A stretch of DNA of 64,000 nt from Octopus vulgaris (Eukaryota). The position numbers and the translations under genes are program-made. The stretch spans positions 44,268,001 to 44,332,000 of the forward strand of contig OX597823.1 of NCBI GenBank assembly GCA_951406725.2. Direction: 5' to 3'. The notes beneath the pieces were generated by a model that was not told the DNA's origin, made no database searches, and saw only the letters and a program-made list of their open reading frames with translations. Of this stretch, positions 35,701 through 50,600 are shown piece after piece (position 1 is the first letter of the stretch; the number at the start of each line of letters is the position of its first letter).

Positions 35701-38700
35701 TGTCATTTCTTACATGATGTTCAGCTTCTTGAAACCCCTCTCCACCACATCTTACCATGTTTTCTTTGGTCTTTATCTACCACAGGTTCCTTCCACTTCA
35801 ATAATTTGGCACATTTTTACCCAACTGTCATCCCCTGTATGCACTATGTGTCTATACCAGCTCAGTCTTCCTTTTAGCACACTACATTTCACTCTGATAC
35901 AAGTATTTCTCTAAGCTCATTTGTGCTTTGATATTCATGTACACATTATCACACATCCAGTGGAGCATACTCACCTAATTTTCTTCTAAACTTTACACAA
36001 TCTCTGCATTTACTTTTTATGTTTTGTGATAGTTGTATTAAGTTACTGATTTTGTCTTGTTTGTTATTCTTTATTTTAATGCTGTGCCACATATTAAATT
36101 CAGCTATATATTAATGTTATACAATGAATATTGAATTTACATGCAAATTTTGTAGTTACATCAGGGATCTGGGAAGCTAGAAGGCTAGCTGGTGGCCATG
36201 AAGGAAAGTGTTAGCTGAAAATAAACACAGAACTGTCTATGAATTATATGATGTAAACTGTCTTTTGAAACCTATGTAATTACCTAAAGAGTCACGCATA
36301 AAATAGTTTTGCGATCATGCAACATTACACTTTGTACATAAGCATCACACATTCTTCTTTTAATTTGGATCAAGAACCCCTTTGTTGCCAGCAGAAATAA
36401 TAGTACCCTAAACTTAAAGACTTTCTTCTGATAAGTTACAGAGACGTAAACAAACCAACACAGCTTGTCAAGCGGTTGAAGGGGGACAAACGCATACACA
36501 CACATAAATGTGTGTGTATATATATCATCATCATGATATATATACACATGATAAATGTGTGTGTATATATCATCATCATCATCATCATTCAACGTCTGCT
36601 TTCCATACTGGCACGGGTTGGATGGTTTGAAGACTGGCAAGCCGGCAAGGTTTCTACAGCTGGATGCCCTTCCTAATGCCAACCATTCTGAGAGTGTAGT
36701 GGGTGCTTTTTACATGCCAATCAGGCAGCACTGGCATCAGCCATGACTACAATTTCACTTGGCTCAACAGGTCTTCTCAAGCACAGCATATTGCCCGAGG
36801 ATTGAAGGGTACTTCTAAATGGGCCAGTTATGCAACACTGGCCATTGGCCATGGCTACGATCTCACTTGGCTTGCCAGGTCTTCTCAAGCACAGCATAAC
36901 TCCAAAGGTCTCGGTCGCTTGTCATTGCTTCTGTGAGGCTCAACGTCCAAAATTCATGCTTCACCACCTCATCCCATATCTTTCTGGGTCTATCTCTTCC
37001 ACAGGTTCACCTCCACTTTTAGGGTGTGATACTTCTTCACACAGCTGTCATCATTTATATGCAACACATGACCATACCAGTACAGTCGTCTCTCTTGCAC
37101 ACCACATCTGATGCTTCTTATGTCCATCTTTTCTCTCAGGGTGCTTACACTCTGTTGTGTATGCACACTAACATTACACATCCAATGGAGCTCCAGTTTC
37201 CATCTACCAAATCAACTCACAAGGTCTTGGTTGGCCTGAGGCTGTAGTAGAGGACACTTGCCCAAGGTGTCATGGAGTGGAACTAAACTTGGAATCATAT
37301 GATTGAGAAGCAAGCTTCACCACTACACAGCCATGGCTGCACCTAGGGCTCTGCCCCGTCAACGTCTACTACATTTCATTCCCTAACAACCATTACTTCT
37401 CTTTCACCTGTGAGCAGAATATCCCCATACTATACCTACTAGCTTTCTCAGTTACCTTTCTTCCCCACTCCAAACCACTTCTATCTTCTATTATCTTCTC
37501 CTACCTACTGTCTCCACCAATCACCTCCATTCTGCACCTTCTCAAGACAAACCATCCAATCCATGCTAGCACGGAAAATGGACATTAAATAACGACAACT
37601 GTGAATATTTAACAGAATTAATGGTAAAGTTATTAGGTTATTTCTGAAAACTTTATTCAAAAAGCCTGAAAGCATAGCCTGTGTTGTGTCTGTATGGAAA
37701 GATAGTTGCTCATCTGCTAATCATTGAAAGGTGAAGGAAATTGGAATACAATGATTATTCAATGCGCTTTATTACTCTTTTACTTGTTTCAGTCATTTGA
37801 CTGCGGCCATGCTGGAGCACCGCCTTTAGTCGAGCAAATCGACCCCAGGACTTATTCTTTGTAAGCCTAGTAATTATTCTATTGGTCACTTTTGCCAAAC
37901 TGCTAAGTTACAGGGATGTAAACACACCAGCATCGGTTGTCAAACGATGTTGGGGGGACAACACAGACACACAAACGTATACACACACTGCATACATATA
38001 TATATACATATATACGACAGGCTTCTTTCAGTTTCCGTCTACCAAATCCACTCACAAGGCTTTGGTCAGCCTGTGGCTATAGTAGAAGACATTTGCTCAA
38101 GGTGCCACACAGTGGGACTGAACCTGGAACCATGTGGTTGGTAAGCAAGCTACTTACCACACAGCCACTCCTACACCTATGTATATATACACACTTTAAT
38201 ATATACACATTTTATACTTCATGCACAATTTTATAGACTTCATGCACAGCACTTTCTCTCTCACTCTTCACCTTACCGTCTTTTTCTCTCTCCTTTTTCT
38301 TTTACTTTTAGGCTTTCCCTTCAATTAATATCATATGAAAGTGTTACAGACAGGCTAAGTAAGGGAGGCAAAAAACTTGGTTAAAAAAAAAGAAACTACA
38401 CTCACCACTGCCTCTCACTCCCTTCTCCATGTCCCTCCTCCCCTCCCCTCTTCAACTAATCACATGGAAGCGTTATATATGGGCTAAGTAATGGAGGAAC
38501 AAGCAGAATTATTATAAGATGATGATGATATTTAACAACATCCTCAACTACAACATAAAAAATATAATTTAGAAATTTAAAAGCCTGTCAATATTGCTGA
38601 GACCCTCTTTGGTCATGACTGACCATGGGATTGCATCTAGAAAGTTACCCTCCCAGGCACAAGTCCGGGCAAGGTTGTTTTTTTTATGGAAGACCAGCAG

Positions 38701-41700
38701 TCGCCCATGCATACCGGCCTCCCCTATTCATGCCACCAGTGTTATCCAAGGGAAAGGCAAAAGAGGCCAATACAGCTTGGCACCTGAGACGTCGCAACTC
38801 ATTTCTACAGCTGAGTGAACTGGAGTAGCATGAAATAAAGTGTCTTGCTCAAGAACACAACATGCAGCTTGGTCCGGGATTCAAACTCACAACCTCACGA
38901 TCGTAAGCTCGACGCTCTAACCACTGAGCCATGCGCCTTCACACACACACACATATATATATATATACATACACACATACACATGTACATACGTGTGTAT
39001 GTGTCAATATTAACCATGGCAATATTGATAACAATGAAAACACATAAAACAACAATTCTCAACAACAAAAGCATCAAAATCACTATCAAAATTTGATCAA
39101 ATGATTTTAATATGCTTGAAATGTTATCTGTTTCTTTATTGCCCACAAGGGCCTAAACATAGAGGGGACAAACAAGGACAGACAAACGGATTAAGTTGAT
39201 TACATCGACCCCAGTGCGTAACTGGTACTTAATTTATCGACCCCGAAAGGATGAAAGGCAAAGTCGACCTCGGCAGAATTTGAACTCAGAACGTAACGAC
39301 AGACGCAATACCGCTAAGCATTTCGCCCAGTGTGCTAACGTTTCTGCCAGCTCGCCGCCTTACTTGAAATGTTATCATCAACAATAACCATAACAAGAAA
39401 TGATACACATATGTAATGGAATATGAATTTGCAACATTGGAGGAAACTTACTTTGAATATGAAGCGAGATCTTTCTCTAAGTTGACAACACTCAGGAGTT
39501 TGTGCAGGAACCACCGATCAATTTGTGTCAACTGATGCACATCTTCAACACTGTAACCAGCATGGAATGCCTAACAGAGTGGATAGATAGGATTTTTTAA
39601 AGAAGAGTAAATATAAATAACTAAAAATGCAGAATTAAGAGTGTGGAATAAGGATTGTAGTAATGTGTTGAGAGAGTAACATTTTAAGTTAATGATTTGT
39701 AAATATATAATTATTTTAATTCTTTTACTTGTTTCAGTCATCTGACTGTGGCCATGCTGGAGCACTGCCTTAAAGGATTTTAAGTCAAACAAATCAACCC
39801 CAGGATTTATTTTTCTTTAAAGCCTAGGACTTATACAATTGGTCTCTATTGCCAAACCACTAAGTTACAGGGACATAAACACACCAACACTGGTTGTCAA
39901 ATGGTGATGGGAGACAAACACAAAGATACACATACACACATATATACGATGATCTTTGAGTTTCCATCTACCAAATATACTCACAAGGCTTTGGTCAGCC
40001 TGAGGCAATAGTAGAAGACATTTGCCCAAGGTGCCATGCAGTGGGACTGAACCTGCGACCATGCGGTTAAGAAATAAAGCTTCTTACCACACAGTCATGC
40101 CGGCACATATATTGGTCAGTAAATTACTCTCAGTTAAAAAGAAATTATTATGTGTTGGTATATATAGACAAGCCATGTATTCACCTCTTCAGCAAGACAC
40201 CTGCTCCTCTCCCTCTATGATAGTTTCTTATTCCTCCAGTCTATATGCTGCTCAGTTGCATGCATTTCAAAGTAATTGAACACTGGAAAGAGAGGTACTC
40301 CAAACTGACTATGAGAAACCATTCTTATTATATTCCAGTCAAAGTACTGCAACTGGTTGCACTAATTGGCAGTCTGGCCATAGTAAAATATGGATTGGAA
40401 GCACTAAGCAGTGATGTGTACAAATATAAACTTGGTACCAATTCAAATATGTTAGGGACATATTCGAACCAGTGTTTTATGCTGAAGAGGAAATAACTAC
40501 TCTGAAATGCATGCATCCATTAATCTGGGAAGTGGGTGCTCTCAATTGACTTGTATATGTCACCCAGCATATACAAGATAGAATAGTATTATTATTACTA
40601 CTATGTGTATGCATGAGCATCAAACTAAAGGTGTATTTTCATACATACACACTAATATACTCACACACTAACACAAGGATATATATACTGTATGACACTG
40701 AACTCTAGACAGGATGCTAAACACTTTGTCTTATCCTTTCTCACCAGCAGGGCAAATCTCAGGAATTCCTTTCTATGTTCATTCCAACAATTAACTATAA
40801 TCACTCATCAAACTACACTAGCATTACTTAATGACCAATACTCTACACAGACACTTGAAAGAGATGGAAGTTATTACAAATAGTACTTCTTTTTCAGATT
40901 TATTATTGAAAATGAAAGAAATGATGCATGACCTCACCTTTGCTATTGAATGAATCCTAGTGTTGTTTGGCACCCTCAGATTTGCTTCAAGATCAAACTC
41001 AGGTGGATAGGTCTTACCTGCAGGCAGCTTGGGGCTAAATCCCTCAATAGAAGGGTGTGTCATCCGAAGAGCTTTCTGTAGACTTTCTTCAAATGTCCGT
41101 CCAATTGACATCACCTACAATCAAATGACAAAGTAAAAAATTAACACTTTTTCAGTTATCATTACCATCATATTATCATCACAATCATCACCACCACCAC
41201 CAACATCATTATTACCATCACCAATACTATCATCATCATCTGGTCAAGTTTGCTCAGACATTTTAAATCTGAGACTGAATGTAGTGTGTGTGTATTAAAA
41301 TTTTGGAGAGTGTAGTTAATTAGGTCAACCTTAATATTAGACTACTGTTTATTTTATCAATGCCCAAAAAGAATGAAAGGAAAAGCAGATGCTAGAAAGA
41401 TTTGAATTTTAAACTTAACCCTTTCATTACCAAACCGCCCGAAAAAAATTTTGGTTAATGTAACCAAGCCGCCCAAAACCGCCCGAATTTACCTATTCAT
41501 ATTTAAATGAGAATATCAGAGCAAATCTCTTTAGTACATTCGTGAAAACACGTATTATACTTCGTAAAGAGTTCAACTACAGTTTTGTACAAAAATCGAA
41601 GTGTAATTTTAATTCTGTGAATTTTGGGAGATTTTTTTCCGAAATTTGTTCCTATTGTGTTTTCAAAATTTGTAATTCTGACAAAAAATGGATACGAATT

Positions 41701-44700
41701 TCATTATATCAAGCAGCGAGTCAGAATTCGAAGGACTTTCTACTGAAGACCTTCATAAATCTAACTCTATGACTGAAAAAAAAAAAGCACGTGGTATTTG
41801 ATAATGAATCTGATGTTTCATTTTCCGAAAGTGAAAACAGTAAATCCGAGAGCTCCGACAGCGATAAAGAAAATGAATTGGCACCTGAATGGAGTGAAAA
41901 TTTAAAAACTGTTTCTTTCGGTGATTTTTCTGAAGAAACTGGACCAAGCCACAGACTTTCCCAGAAGAGTAAAGCCTTAGACTATTTCTTTTTACTTTTT
42001 CGAATGAGCCTATTTGAAATCATTACGGTGGAAACGAACCGTTACACTAAATGTAAACAAAACGAAAGAAAGTGGTTTCCCATAACCTTAAATGAAATTA
42101 AGACTATTTTGCCATAAATATTATTATGGGTATCAGAAAGTTACCCAGAATAACAAATTCTATCGTAAAATTTTGTTGTATACCCAATTGAATATTAGCT
42201 AATAACCCATTTTCTATAGCGATGTTTGAACAAAATTTTAATAATTTTATATTTTGTTGAATTTACCTGTATCTACCTGCAATTAGAGTCACTTTGTGAC
42301 AAAAATTATAGTATAGAATTGGTTGAGAACATTTCATTAAATTATCTTCCAAAATTCACATTAATATATTGATAAATAAAAAAGTTATAGTTGTTTAATG
42401 AAACCAGACTAAATTTATGATTACGTTAGAAATTAATTGAAACACATAAGGGGTGTATTTTGGTCAGAAATATAGTAACGAAAGGGTTAAGGAGATAAAA
42501 CTTTTAAACTTAAGGAGATAAAACTAAACACTGCAGAGACTTTTTACTAATCCTAAAGAAAAAAAAATCAAATATAAGGTCCTAAATAACTTTGATTGCC
42601 ATCTTGTTGATGCAACCAACAAGAAATTTCAGGAATAAACCAATTAGTGTAAAGGATATGTATAATTTAAGAAAAGTGATGTTAAAGTACTTACTTCACC
42701 GACACTTTTCATTGAACTGCCAATCTCGTTGGACATGTTTTGGAAACGATCAAGGTCCCAACGAGGAATTTTGGTAACGATGTAATCTAAACTTGGCTCA
42801 AAGCAGGCTGTTGTCATTTGGGTTGTTTTGTTTTCAAGACTGGGCAAAGGAATACCCAGAGCTAGTTTGGCAGCAATAAATGCTAATGGATACCTGAAAT
42901 GAAGTGACATCTATAATGAACTTATTGTATACAGGGCTCAAGTGCACTAAAACTCATCAGAAAAAATAACCAAAACTGCATGAACAGTACATAGCATATG
43001 TACAGAAAGTGAACAATGAAAAAAAATCTTTAAAAAAAAAATGAAGAAACAGGATACTGTTGGTGAATTTCAGGAAGCATGGAAATTTTGAAGGCTATAG
43101 TGTCTATGGGAGTAATAAGAATTCCTTAATAAAGAATATGAAGTGGCTTTGTTAGGACAAAATGCCTAGTATTTAGTTACGTCTCTTAAAACTGAAATCA
43201 ACTTTGCTTTTCATATTTCTGTGATCTATAAAATAAAGAATCAATTAAGTACTTGTGCTTTAAAAAAATAGAGGGCCACAGATTTAGGGGAGGGAGTTAG
43301 TTGATTTCATTGATTCCAGCATTTGACTGGTACTTTATTTCATTTCTCATTTACTCTCTCTCTCTCTTTCTCTCCCAAGAATGACAAAAGCCAAAGTTGA
43401 CGTTGATAATTGAAACTCAGAACATAAAAAGCTGGAACTAATAATTCTATCAATCCATCACCTTAAATAAACAAGACAATGATTTTAAAATTAAGCCCAC
43501 CAACACAAATTTGAGGAAGGTGTAAACTCATATAAAGACCTCCCCACTCTCAAGGGCTATTATTTCAATGATACCTTATCAACCTTAAAAGAATACAAAG
43601 CATAACTGATCCCAATAATTTCTTTTAATAGCATAGTCTAGAAGGGATTGTCTTGGCCATCAGAAGAGTTGTCAGTGCACTGGCTTCCCAAAGGCTTTCA
43701 CCAGCTCGCATCATGGACTCTACTGGAGGACTCTTCCTTGACCATGTCGTTTGGAAATGCCATTGTGGTTTCAGTAACGAATATGATTTTTTTTACTCGA
43801 CCAGGTTGTTAGCCCAATGCTAAACCCCCAACTTGGAGGGCCAGTTGAGTACCCTTTGTCTGGTCCCTACCCTCCTTCAACCTGTCTGGCATGGCTGGCC
43901 CTGCCAGGAAACAAATCTCCCACCAGCATACCTCTCATGGTCATGAAGACACACAAGCCCTGCAACCAAGGACAAGATGGCACTCATCTGCAAGGATATT
44001 ACCTTATTAGGACACATAACATTTTCATGTGGTGTGGCAAAGTCTAACTGGAAGAGTCTGTCCTTGTTTAGACTATTTAGCTAAATAAATACTCACATTT
44101 GCAAATCAACTAGGATCAGAATTACATCATAGACTCAGTTTATCAAGCAACTAATATAATTTTACAATGATTCATAAAACCTCTCCTACATATTTGTATG
44201 TGCAAATGTTAATGTGCATGGATGCATGTGTGGTGTTATTTGAAGCATTTTCATTTGCCTTTCCTTGCAATCATGGGTTGAGCAGTTTTTCTCAGTATTT
44301 TATAACCAGATGCCCTTCCTCTCAGCAACCCTTTTAGTTTCTTTTAATGCCATACAAAAGCATAATGAATATATTCTAAAACTGGGATAATTTTTCAAAA
44401 TCATAAACAATAACCTTTTAGTATTCAATCCAGTCAAATTCAGCCACCATGAAGATAATACAATTTGAAGCTGAGCTACTGAGAAAGCTTCTATGAGGAT
44501 GATCAACTTGCTAAAAATAGCAGCCAAATTTTCCTTAACATTCAACTATCTTAAAATTAGAAGGCCATATTGGATAATGTAGTTCTAGATACACTGTTTG
44601 GGGGGGAAAAAAAGGATAATTAGTACTAGAATGCTATCGTAAATCTGTTGCTAAATAACAACATACTCTTTGAAGAAACTGACTAAATCTGACTTTGTTA

Positions 44701-47658
44701 ATTTTTAAATCAGATAAAAGACCCTACTAAATTATGTTCTCCTTAGTTTCATCATTTTGTCGTATTAAAAAGAAAACCTCAACATATTTGAAAACACAAA
44801 GTGTTTGCATCTGCCTTTTCATCCTGGCATGGGTTGGACAATTTTTTTGAGCAGTGTTTAATGGTTGAAAACACTTCTTGTGATCAACTTTTTTAGCTAT
44901 ATGAAAAGATGCAGTGTATTTAAAACATATGCTAAAGTGACAAGCAGTAGAAATTGAGCTAGTTCTACCTACCCAGTGGCCTTAGAAGCCAAAGCAGAAC
45001 TTCGAGAAAGACGAGCATTGATTTCAATAATGCAGTACTCCAATGATGTTGGGTGAAGAGCATACTGAATATTGCACTCTCCAATAATGCCAAAGTGTCG
45101 GACAACCTATAGAAAAAAAAAACAAAAAAAAAACAAATAATGAATTCAAAAGGAACATTTTAGAAAGAATGAATATTTCCTGTTACAATATTTTTTATGA
45201 AGTAAAAACAGTTTGGTTTGTCATAGAGATGAAGCGAAGCAGTTTAGATATACATATATATGTCTTCTTTCTCTTTCTAATTTAGTGGACTGTTTGAACT
45301 TATGATGTGCATGCTTCTGAGTTCAAACACTGCTGTAGCTATTATGCATTGTTTAATGTAATGCACAATTCTGCTTCTGGTATTTGAAAGGAAAATTTTT
45401 AATCTAAAGAAACCACACATCGAGCAAAAGGGCAAAAGCTCGCTCCATCTCAATTTTCAGCATGATACACAGTTTATGCATTCATTCATTTTATATCAAT
45501 TTTTTTCCATGCTAGTTAAATGAAGACTTATCGCTGAGGCATTGTTTTACAGCTGGATGCCCTTCTTTTGCCATCCATTATCTGTTTTTGTTTAAAGGAA
45601 GAGATTTTTTTTCTATTCCACCATTCTTGAAAGTCAAGAAATTATGGGACAGTTTAATAGGGAGTATCAACATAAAATCAGTTTGCTCAAATGATGATTT
45701 CATGCAAACATGCAGAATGTAAACATTCACACACATTTATGGCAAGATTTTGTCTACAAATCCCACTCAGAAAGCATCAGTCAACCTCTGAAGACACCAA
45801 GTGAGATAAAGCTCAAAAATCATGTTAATCATGCCTAACCAGACCAGAGTCTTGTGCAGCCCCTCAGCTTGCCAGCTCTGATCAAATTGTCCAACCTATG
45901 CCAGCATGGACAATGAACATTAAATGTTGATTGATGATAATGATGATGTTCTTGTCCACTAAAACACAAAAGGCATTAACAACAGGATTGGAGAAAATTT
46001 CTCCCCATATATAAAAACAGTATATATAAAAAATTTCTCCCCTGTATATAAAAACAGTCACCACTGAGAAGGAAATGTGTCTGGTAGTCAACTGCCATCA
46101 CTTGCAGCTCAGTTCAATGTATTTTTTATACATAAAAGCTACAGAGAGAAAAGTTCCACAATAAATACCTTTTGTATTCAGATGTATAAAAATGTGTTAA
46201 AAATAAGGAAGTGCCTACAGTCTAATGAAACTGAAACAAGTAAAAGCATACCTTTAATATATATAAAGATAGATATATAAGATAGATACCTACATGCACA
46301 TAGAAACACAAGTATGTGAAAGTACACATAATAATACATTCCTGTATACACACCCATAAATACAAACACAATTAATATTCTTAATTTTGAATGAAATGAT
46401 ATACATGTGTGTGTGTGTGTACTTGTAAATGAAGGCATATATGAGTCTACATAGGCATGATCTATGCAAATGTATGTCTATGTAAATATCTTCTGTTCTG
46501 GTATGCATACAGTCACATGTATATTTTTGAGTATAACTTTTTACTTCTGAAGCTATTTCATTCCTCTGAAGAAAAAAAAAAAAAATTCATGTCTTTATAC
46601 TTGTATCCTTGAATAATTTTTTCAAGAAGTGGTCACTGCTTGTTTTCTGCTCCCTCTGCTTAATATTTCCATTTCATTTTACGTTTTTGCCTTGTTTGAG
46701 GCATTAGTTCTCTCAATGCACCCTTCCAAATTTTTACTTTCCACTTCTTCCTTGATTTTCAATTCAGACTTCAGACCATCTCACACTCCTTTACTTTTAA
46801 TCTTCTCTCTTCCCATTATCACTACTTTATGCCAATCCCTTCGTCATTTACTTGTCTGTAGTCCAAGCCACAACACCTCTTTCTCTCTAGTTTCTTCACT
46901 CTTAGATAGAAGGTAAAAGCCCCAGAATGTCAAAATCTCCTATTTACTGTCTTCAGTTGCTTATCTGACAAAACACTTAATTCTTGATTGAGTAGTTAGC
47001 ATCTAAGAAGAGTCTCAAGCTGTTGAAAATTTATTGTACAGTTATTGTTTACAATGTTACATTAATTATTACAACATTGAAATAGTGTAAGTAAGGAGGT
47101 AATTAGTGGTGTAAGCTGATTAATTAGCTAAGTTTAACTTACTTTAATGGCCGTCTCCCGCAGCATATGATACTCTTGGTTGGATAAGGTTTGGCTGGGA
47201 GCAACAACAATGGAATCACCTGTAAGATGAATTGGTAGCAACATATAAATAATAATAATAATAATAATAATCCTTTCTATTATGCCAGGCAAAATGCTTT
47301 GTGGCATTTCATCTGTTTTTATGTTCTGAGTTCAAATTCCACTGAGGTCAAGTTTGCCTTTCATCCTTTCAGAGTTGATAAAATAAGTACTAGTCAAGTA
47401 CTGGAGTTGATATAATCGACTTGCACCCTCCTCTGGCAATGTGCTAAAATTTGAAATCAATAATCCTTTTTATTATAGGCACAAGGCCTGAAATTTTGGG
47501 GGAAGGGGTGTATTTGATCACACTGACTCCAATGCTCAATGGGTAGTTATTTCAGTGATCCTGAAAGGATGAAAAGCAAAGTTAACCTCGAAGGAATCTG
47601 AACTCAGTGTAAAGACGGGTGAAATGTTGCACTAACAATTCCGACAACCCACTGCTTC

Positions 47659-47697
<39 letters not shown>

Positions 47698-50600
47698 CTT
47701 TTCTACTAATGGCACAAGACCTGAAATTTGTGGGAAGGGGAGTAGTTGATTACATCAACCCCAGTGCTTCACTGGTACTTAATTTATCAATGATGAGATG
47801 ATGAAAGGCAAAGTTGACTTCGGCAGAATTTGAACTCAGAATATAGCACATTATTTACATTTGACAGATATTTATCCTCATCTTGTTTGTTGTTAACACA
47901 ACGTCTCAGCTAATATACCCTCCAGCCTTCATCAGGTATCTTGTGGAAATTTTGAACCTGGGTTCTCATTCCTAAGGTATTTTTTGATGTTGTTGTTATT
48001 ATTATTATCATTATTATTATTATTGTTATTATTCAGGACACTGCCTGGAACTGAACTCAGAATTTTGGGGTTAGTAGCCTGCGCTCTTAACCACTATGCC
48101 ATATGCCTGTGGGCATATGGCATCAAACGTTAATAATGTAAATAATGTACATAATTACACGTCTCTTAAATATTAAACTCAGAACATAGCAACGGCCAAA
48201 ATACCACTAGGCATTTCGTCCAGTGTGTTAACAATTCTACCAGCTCGCTGCATTAAACAAAAATAATAATAATCGAATAATAAATAATCATATTGACATT
48301 TGAGCCTAACTAATTAACATACAGTTAAATACATACACACTCACATAAAGAAGTACTATATGCAAACAGATCATAAATATTCCATGCACACACACACGCA
48401 CACAGGTATATGTGTGTGTGCATATATATATATGTATGTATATATGTGTGTGAGTGCATATATGTATATGTATCAACATGTAGCATAGTTCTATGTACAC
48501 ACACATCACACAATCTGCCTTTCACTCTAAGGGAGAGGCTCTCTGAACTTTGCCCAGCCTGTTTTTATTTTACTAACAACACTTTCAGAACTCCCTCCAC
48601 CACTGCTAACTTGGTCTCCTAGGTTACAGAAGCTATTTACTACTTCTAATGATCTCTGCAAGCATTTGAGGAAGTCTATTATCTGTGCATTTTTAGTAAT
48701 TATTGTACCTGCACATTTACCACACACAAAGACTGTATTCTCCGTAAACCTTTCTGTGATACTGTTACATCTCTTATGTGGCCAAAGCTTGCATTGGGTA
48801 CAACATATGGAGTTTCTGCCAACACCTTTCTTACATATTGAGCAGGGCCATCTCTTAGAAAGGACTTATGATTTGCTTGTTTTCCTACTTACTAGGATTT
48901 TGGTTTTTGCATAATTAACTCTAAGGCTCTTAGATTCAAGGCCTTGTTTCCACACTTGAAATTTCTTCTCTAGGTCAGGTAGTGGTTCAGCTATAAGAAC
49001 AACATCATCAGTACAGAAGAACTCCCAGGGACAGCCTTGAATTTCTCTGTTAAGGCCTGGAGGATCAAGGTAAACAAGAGGGGGCTGAGAACTAAGCCTT
49101 GGTGAACTCCTATCTGTACACTGAATTCATTGCTATAAACTACAAGAGGCAGAGGGTGGGGGTAGAGGTGGGGTATGTGGGTAGGCAGAGGGTGGAGGTA
49201 GAGGTGGGGCATGTAGGAGTGGGTGTAAGGGAGGGGGTTGAGTGGGATGGGAAGGATAGGGAAGGTGGGGTTGGAGTGTGTAGTGGTGGGGTGCAGTTAT
49301 GTGGGAGGGGTGACAATGGAGGGGGAAGGAGAAAGTGGGTAGGAGTGAAGAGAAGAGAGAAGGAGAGTAGGAGTGAAGAGAAGAGAAATATATATATAAA
49401 TATATAGGACATGTATTGTGGTGCAAACAGGAAAAATAGAACTCAAAATATATATGTATATTTTTATGAAATATTTAGCAGAAGCAACAGAACGACTCAA
49501 GGGTCAAGGTTTTCATGCATTGGCACTCCTACATACTTCTGACATCTATCTCAGTCACTGTACCTCTCACTCACTCTTTTGCCATTCCACTCTCTCACTT
49601 CACACTTTATTTCCATATTTTCTGATCTATTTACAGATCTATGATACTGCTGCTCTCCACTCTTCCTGTACTGCCACTTATCACCTATTTCTTTCACTCC
49701 TAATTATACTGATCTTTATTGTTGACTACACTACACCTATCTCTGATCATCTGTTCCTCACCTCTCATACTAATAAACATCCACTAAGACTGTTTGAACT
49801 TTTGTCTGTATTCTCTTTTACATTCATTTTCTTGTATCTTGAGAGTAAGTTCTGACATCTCATCACCATCGTCACAGTCTTCTTTCCAGCTACTTCCATC
49901 TACTTTTATAAAATGTGAAGTAGTCATACAACTTTTCTATAGCAAGACACCTGTGCCTGTCTTTCTATCAGACCTCTTGACACAGGCACAAAGCCACTTT
50001 CCTGTCTCCTACAACGCCAGTCAGTTGAGAGAACTTTTTGTCTTACAAGTTACTTGGTGACTGCACTAGTACCAGTACCATGAAAAAGCACCCAGTGGTT
50101 GGCATTAGAAAGGGCATCCAACCATAGAAACCATGCCAAAAGCTGACATAGGATCTTAATGCAGTTTCCTGCTCATTGAATCCTATCAAACTAGTCAACT
50201 CATGCCAATATGGAAGGACATTAAATGATAATGATGACATTAGTTCAATAAAATCATGTGTTATAATTTATAACTGAGCAGATATGGCAGTGTGGTTACG
50301 AAGTTCACTTTTCAACCACATGAAGATGCATTGACTCTTAAGGCCTGTAAAAAAAGTGAGAAGACATGACAACTCACTTATTGCTGATGACTCCCAGAAC
50401 CATTACAGTTGCTGGGAATTTAGTACGTATGACTGTTGGAACCTCATTCAGATCTCTGCATAACCATTTGTCATTTCTTTGGTTTACCTTTTGGTCCTGA
50501 TCTATGTTTTTCTCATCAGAGAAAAACCAAAGCATTCCAGCCTTTTGGTGTTTTAACTGGTTTAGCCAGGCACTTTGCATAGATTGAACGATGCTGTCTT

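Noticed and set aside
43640-43990. LINE 5' UTR-like structured region as twister or HDV-like ribozyme
   Set aside because: Could not find twister or HDV core motifs in the right order; treated as an RTE-like 5' remnant only.
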